From NCBI GenBank assembly GCA_048571215.1, contig CP182352.1, positions 992,001 to 1,056,000 on the forward strand: a DNA stretch of 64,000 nt. The letters run 5' to 3'. The notes beneath the pieces are model-generated. The model saw only the letters and a list, made by a program, of their open reading frames with translations. It searched no databases and was not told the origin of the DNA. This DNA comes from Halarcobacter sp. (GTDB taxonomy: Bacteria > Campylobacterota > Campylobacteria > Campylobacterales > Arcobacteraceae). Position numbers and translations under genes: made by a program. Positions 60,172 to 64,000 of the stretch are shown piece by piece. Positions within the stretch are counted from its first letter, which is position 1. The number at the start of each line of letters is the position of its first letter.

Positions 60172-60582
60172 TTAGAATCCTGCTGAATAACCTCTACTAG
60201 AGTGGCTTTTAATTAATCCATAATAAGTTTTGTCTCTTATTTGTTTAATCATATTTCTTAATGTGAAAATTGATGTATTTTTATCTTTCCATGCTGCTTT
60301 TTTAATAGTCTCAACCTCTACTATTGTATCTCTACTTTTTAATAAAGTATTGAAAATATTCATTTGAGTTTTAGTTAAACCTACATCTACATTTTTTCTA
60401 TCAAATACTTTTTTTAACACTTTATCATAGTAAAAACCTTTACCTAAATCAATTCTACTATCAATTTGTTGATTAAGTATCTCTTTTAAAGTATCTTCAA
60501 TATTTAAATCAAACTCTTTTGATTTACTTTTTAGAAATCTTTCCATGTCTTTTGTTAAGTCAATAGTTACATTGTTACTCAT
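60172..60582 (-). CDS. OmpR-type winged-helix DNA-binding protein without receiver; RHH-like N-terminus
   Basis: LTKTQMNIFNTL...ETIKKAAW...TLRNMIKQIRDK...IKSHSSRGY is Trans_reg_C-like; GAGGA RBS gives ATG 60582; TGnTATAAT at 60609-60617 (minus strand). Confidence 0.8.
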   Translation of the reverse strand: MSNNVTIDLTKDMERFLKSKSKEFDLNIEDTLKEILNQQIDSRIDLGKGFYYDKVLKKVFDRKNVDVGLTKTQMNIFNTLLKSRDTIVEVETIKKAAWKDKNTSIFTLRNMIKQIRDKTYYGLIKSHSSRGYSAGF

Positions 60583-60642
60583 AATCTTGTTCCTCATTTT
60601 TTATTGTGATTATAACATAATCTATTATAAAGAAAACCTTAA

Positions 60643-60664
60643 ATTGAGACAGTTATGAGACAAT
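60643..60664 (+). promoter_or_regulatory. Tandem direct-repeat box, copy 2
   Basis: ATTGAGACAGT-TATGAGACAAT, the same TGAGACA-N4-TGAGACA as copy 1, upstream of the wHTH gene. Confidence 0.7.
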
Positions 60665-60706
60665 ACTTACAAAAATTTAAGAAATAATAAAAATTGAGTT
60701 ATTTTA

Positions 60707-61336
60707 TTATTTTTTATATAATAAAAATCTTTTTAAGAAACTCTCTCTTGTATATACTTTAGCCCCAAGGTCAATCTTATATTGAAGTTGTGGATGCCCT
60801 AAATTCCAGAGGCTATAGCCATTATTTTTCAAAAAATCATTCAATAATACAAGTTGAAGTTTTCCCCAATTGTTGTATTTTTTACTTTTTGTGGTAAACC
60901 CAGTTAATGATGTGTATGTTGTTCCAATTCTATAACCAATTTCACCAGAAACCAAAAAATTATCATTTTTATCATAGATTTCTGCAGAAATTAATTCAAA
61001 ATCTTTTATTGGTTTTGAATAATTCCTTATATTATTCAAAATAGTTGCATATTCGTTATTTATCCAAGAATCTTTATGATAATTTCTAATCTTATTTACC
61101 ACTTTATCAAAATTTTTATTTATATAAAATTTAAAATTATCATCTTTTAAAATTTTTTTTACTTTTCTAGGTATTTTAATCTCATCGAAATCTAAAATAG
61201 CATATTCATATTGTATCTCAGGCAATAAAATAAATCTATCTTCAAAATACATAGAGGTTGTAATAAATCCAGACTTCGCAGCTTCTATATAAAACTCAGG
61301 GGAATAATCATCACTCCAATAGTAATTCTCTTCCAT
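60707..61336 (-). CDS. Leucyl/phenylalanyl-tRNA-protein transferase-like (divergent Aat family)
   Basis: INKNFDKVV..I, DSWIN, SAEIYD...LVSGEIGY..G.TYTS..GF, GKLQL, LGA. Confidence 0.65.
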   Translation of the reverse strand: MEENYYWSDDYSPEFYIEAAKSGFITTSMYFEDRFILLPEIQYEYAILDFDEIKIPRKVKKILKDDNFKFYINKNFDKVVNKIRNYHKDSWINNEYATILNNIRNYSKPIKDFELISAEIYDKNDNFLVSGEIGYRIGTTYTSLTGFTTKSKKYNNWGKLQLVLLNDFLKNNGYSLWNLGHPQLQYKIDLGAKVYTRESFLKRFLLYKK

Positions 61337-61414
61337 ATTTGGGTAGATATGATTTTTTAAAAGTTCTTTATCTTGTAAGTTTTCTAAGCTTAAATAATAA
61401 ATTATACTAAATCC

Positions 61415-63184
61415 TTATATTAGTTGGTTTTTTATAAACTCCAAATAGTGACCCTCTTCCTCTTCTAACTCTTTATGTGTTCCTCTTTGAACAATTTTAC
61501 CATTATCTAAGACATATATTCTATTTGCATTTTTAACTGTACTCAATCTATGAGCTATTGTAATCACTGTTTTATCTTCTAAGATAGGCATTAAAGAGTT
61601 AAATAGTTTTACTTCTGTATGTACATCTAAAGCAGAAGTTGACTCATCAAATATAACAATTGATGGATTGGCTATGATCATTCTAGCTATTGAGAGTCTT
61701 TGTCTTTGACCACCACTTAATCTAATCCCATGTTTACCCACTATAGTTTCAAGCTTATTATCCATATTTAAAATGGTATCTTTTAATTGAGCTATATCTA
61801 AAGCCTTATAAATATCCTCATCACTTATATTTTCTCTTCCCATTGTGATATTAAATCTCAGGGTGTTATTAAATAGTATTGGCATTTGTAATACTAAAAA
61901 GAGTTCATCCCTAAGGGATTGTTTATTTATCTCATCAACACTTATATTGTTATAAGTAATATCTCCACTATTTTTAGTATAAAAGGTTGCAATAACTTGT
62001 GCTAAAGTTGTTTTACCACTTCCACTTGCTCCAATTAAAGCTATTTTTTCACCTGCATTTATATCTAAATTTATATCATTTAATATATTTTTATCTCCAT
62101 CATAAGAGAAAGATACCTTATGAAGTTTTATATCAACACCATTTTCATTTTTATTTAATATTTTAGAACCATTTTTTTCTATATTTAAAGATAAAATTCT
62201 ATTGAGTCTTTCAATTGCTGCATTTGCCGTTGTATATGCGTATTGCATTGATAATATATCTTGTACTGGAGTCATAATAAACCATATATATCCAAACATT
62301 GCAAACATCATACCAATACTCAAATCACTATAAGCAACCATCACCAAGCCACTAGCTCGTAAGATCTCAAAAGCTACTAAAAAGATAGTAAAGGAGAACC
62401 TTTCATAAGCTACACTTTTATAGCTATAGTTGTTTGATGTTTCTTGTATCTGTTTTGCTTTATTTATTGAGTCATTAAAAAAATAGTTCTCTTTATTGCT
62501 AGCTTTTATTTGTCCAAATAGTTCTAAAGATTCTGAAATATTATCTTGAAAACTTTCTATGGAGTTGTTCTCTATTTTTTTCAAAGTTCCCACTTGCTTA
62601 GAGATTTTTTTTGATAAAACCATAATTATAGGTTGGATAAATAAAATCATCAAACCCAAAACAGGATGAATTGCTATCATTACAATTGATACTGCAATTA
62701 AAGTTAAAACAGAAGATATAAATTTACTTGCACTTGTTATTATAAAGTTATCTAAAGTAGTAACATCAGTTATTAAATTGGCTGATATTGCACCACTTCC
62801 CAAGCTTTCGTACTCATTCATACATACATTTTTAAGGTGATTTATAAGTTTTTCTCTAATCTTAAAGGTTACATATTTTGATATTTTTGTAAAAATTTTT
62901 GTTGTAATTACTCCAAAAATAAAATGAAGAACTCTTAGTATGATTACAGCTAGGGTTACTATTGCAATATAATAAAAAGCATTCCCAGCTCCAAAAAAAT
63001 TATCTATATTATTTATAAAAAAAGCGGGTTTTTTAAGAAGTACTTCATCTACAAGGGCAGGGAGCATTAAAGGGATAGGGATACTTATTAAAATCCCTAT
63101 TATAGTAGCAAACTGACCAAAGATAAGAGTTTTTTTCTCATCTAAGAGTAGTTTGAATATATATCTAAAGTTAATTTTTTCCAT
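61415..63184 (-). CDS. ABC exporter, fused permease/ATPase
   Basis: N-terminal TM domain, GASGSGKT, LSGGQRQR, FDESTSALD, IAHRLST; start uncertain (63184 or 63202). Confidence 0.92.
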   Translation of the reverse strand: MEKINFRYIFKLLLDEKKTLIFGQFATIIGILISIPIPLMLPALVDEVLLKKPAFFINNIDNFFGAGNAFYYIAIVTLAVIILRVLHFIFGVITTKIFTKISKYVTFKIREKLINHLKNVCMNEYESLGSGAISANLITDVTTLDNFIITSASKFISSVLTLIAVSIVMIAIHPVLGLMILFIQPIIMVLSKKISKQVGTLKKIENNSIESFQDNISESLELFGQIKASNKENYFFNDSINKAKQIQETSNNYSYKSVAYERFSFTIFLVAFEILRASGLVMVAYSDLSIGMMFAMFGYIWFIMTPVQDILSMQYAYTTANAAIERLNRILSLNIEKNGSKILNKNENGVDIKLHKVSFSYDGDKNILNDINLDINAGEKIALIGASGSGKTTLAQVIATFYTKNSGDITYNNISVDEINKQSLRDELFLVLQMPILFNNTLRFNITMGRENISDEDIYKALDIAQLKDTILNMDNKLETIVGKHGIRLSGGQRQRLSIARMIIANPSIVIFDESTSALDVHTEVKLFNSLMPILEDKTVITIAHRLSTVKNANRIYVLDNGKIVQRGTHKELEEEEGHYLEFIKNQLI

Positions 63185-63198
63185 AGAATTTTGGAATC

Positions 63199-63486
63199 TC
63201 AATCAGTAAGACTCTCGCAAATATCCACTTTCATTCCCTCATGATATTTACAATTAAGACCACATTTATAAGTACCGCTTGTTTCTAAACCTAACTTAAC
63301 AAGTTCTGCTTTTGAAGCTTCTTGGCACTGTTCTAATTTAGGATAAACACCGATTTTTTTACTTCTTTTTGTATTGTTCTTATCTGGATAGATTAGGGCA
63401 GACCACTCTTTTTTACTATCACCACCCCCTATGCACCCTGTAAGTAATAAGCTTAATAAAACTGAAAGTAAAACAATTTTTTTCAT
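63199..63486 (-). CDS. Small Cys-containing lipoprotein
   Basis: Lipobox LLTGC; four further Cys (LEQC, YKCGLNC, DICE). Confidence 0.8.
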   Translation of the reverse strand: MKKIVLLSVLLSLLLTGCIGGGDSKKEWSALIYPDKNNTKRSKKIGVYPKLEQCQEASKAELVKLGLETSGTYKCGLNCKYHEGMKVDICESLTD

Positions 63487-63565
63487 ATTCTCTCTTTGTA
63501 TTTTTTGATGATTTTAGTATAAACTATATTAAATTTCTTTTTAAAACTCTTTTGAAACCGTTTGT

Positions 63566-63583
63566 TTTACGATTATTCTACAA
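63566..63583 (+). promoter_or_regulatory. Candidate OmpR-family direct-repeat box
   Basis: TTTACGA-N4-TCTACAA (11-bp period) upstream of TGnTATTAT (63590-63598) and of an operon containing a response regulator. Confidence 0.4.
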
Positions 63584-63624
63584 TTTTTATGGTATTATTA
63601 CAAAAATATTTGAAGAGATTATAT

Positions 63625-63852
63625 ATGAAAAGATTTTTAGTATTATTATTTACAATTACTTTTTTTATTACAAGTTTGCATGCAGAGGATTACTCTGAAA
63701 TGAGTACACAAGAGCTAATAGCCATAATGGGATATGTGAAAAAAGAAAACCAATTTAAATTCCAAAAAGAGCTAAAAAGTAGAGTTCCTACAATGAATGA
63801 AAATGAAAAAAAGAAATATCAAGAAAATTTAAAGAAAAATAAAAACAAATGA
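63625..63852 (+). CDS. DUF1104-like secreted small protein
   Basis: Signal peptide ending SLHA; DYSEMSTQEL..MG.V...ELKSR..M; ATG 63625. Confidence 0.75.
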   Translation: MKRFLVLLFTITFFITSLHAEDYSEMSTQELIAIMGYVKKENQFKFQKELKSRVPTMNENEKKKYQENLKKNKNK

Positions 63853-64000
63853 AAACAAAACTATTACTTTTAGAGGATGATTTTACTTTAAATGAAACTA
63901 TAGTTGACTATTTTGAGGAGCAAGGTTTTACAGTTGTTCCAGTTTTCGATGGACAGGAGGCTTTAGAAGTTGTTTATGAAAATAGTTTTGATCTATTTTT
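63849..64000 (+). CDS. Two-component response regulator (5' part, truncated by window end)
   Basis: MKTKLLLLEDDFTLNETIVDYFEEQGF...DGQEAL...FDL; ATGA overlap with the previous gene. Confidence 0.88.
   Translation, partial: MKTKLLLLEDDFTLNETIVDYFEEQGFTVVPVFDGQEALEVVYENSFDLF

Noticed and set aside
59683..60664. TGAGACA repeats as CRISPR repeats or insertion target-site duplications
   Set aside because: Too short, no spacers, cas genes or transposase; their promoter positions fit protein-binding boxes better.
1..64000. tRNA, rRNA, riboswitch, prophage or phase-variable poly-G tracts
   Set aside because: None recognised by eye; intergenic regions are short and AT-rich. An Infernal/Rfam scan would be needed to exclude small RNAs.

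Overview
This is an AT-rich, gene-dense chromosomal window from a Campylobacterota bacterium. Gene content and order point to Arcobacteraceae (inference). I found no rRNA, tRNA, CRISPR array, prophage or intact mobile element. Housekeeping blocks: uvrA; ubiX-coaD-tmk-hisS-speA-cysE-tauE; rplI-hslVU; tatD-mltD-rlpA-hisB-kdsC-lptCA-engB; mreD-mrdA; recD2-ppiD-ftsAZ; cbpA-hspR with HAIR operators. Accessory content: an 11-gene F7/F8-like chemosensory operon with a sensorless cytoplasmic poly-HAMP receptor and a separate FAD-PAS/CZB protein, a convergent cheY-cheC-diguanylate cyclase operon, a TolC/MFP/split-RND system, and scattered flagellar accessory genes. Strongest candidates for novelty: (1) a full-length AcnA/IRP-like protein that keeps all three Fe-S cysteines but has lost the catalytic His and Ser, a possible IRP2-like Fe-S sensor; (2) a module of a ribbon-helix-helix/OmpR winged-helix regulator, two TGAGACA-N4-TGAGACA boxes and two small membrane ORFs; (3) the bipartite PAS-CZB plus poly-HAMP chemoreceptor; (4) a catalytically degenerate serine-resolvase-like protein in a housekeeping context; (5) tatD apparently starting at ATA. 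All family assignments come from recognising motifs by eye; no database search was run.
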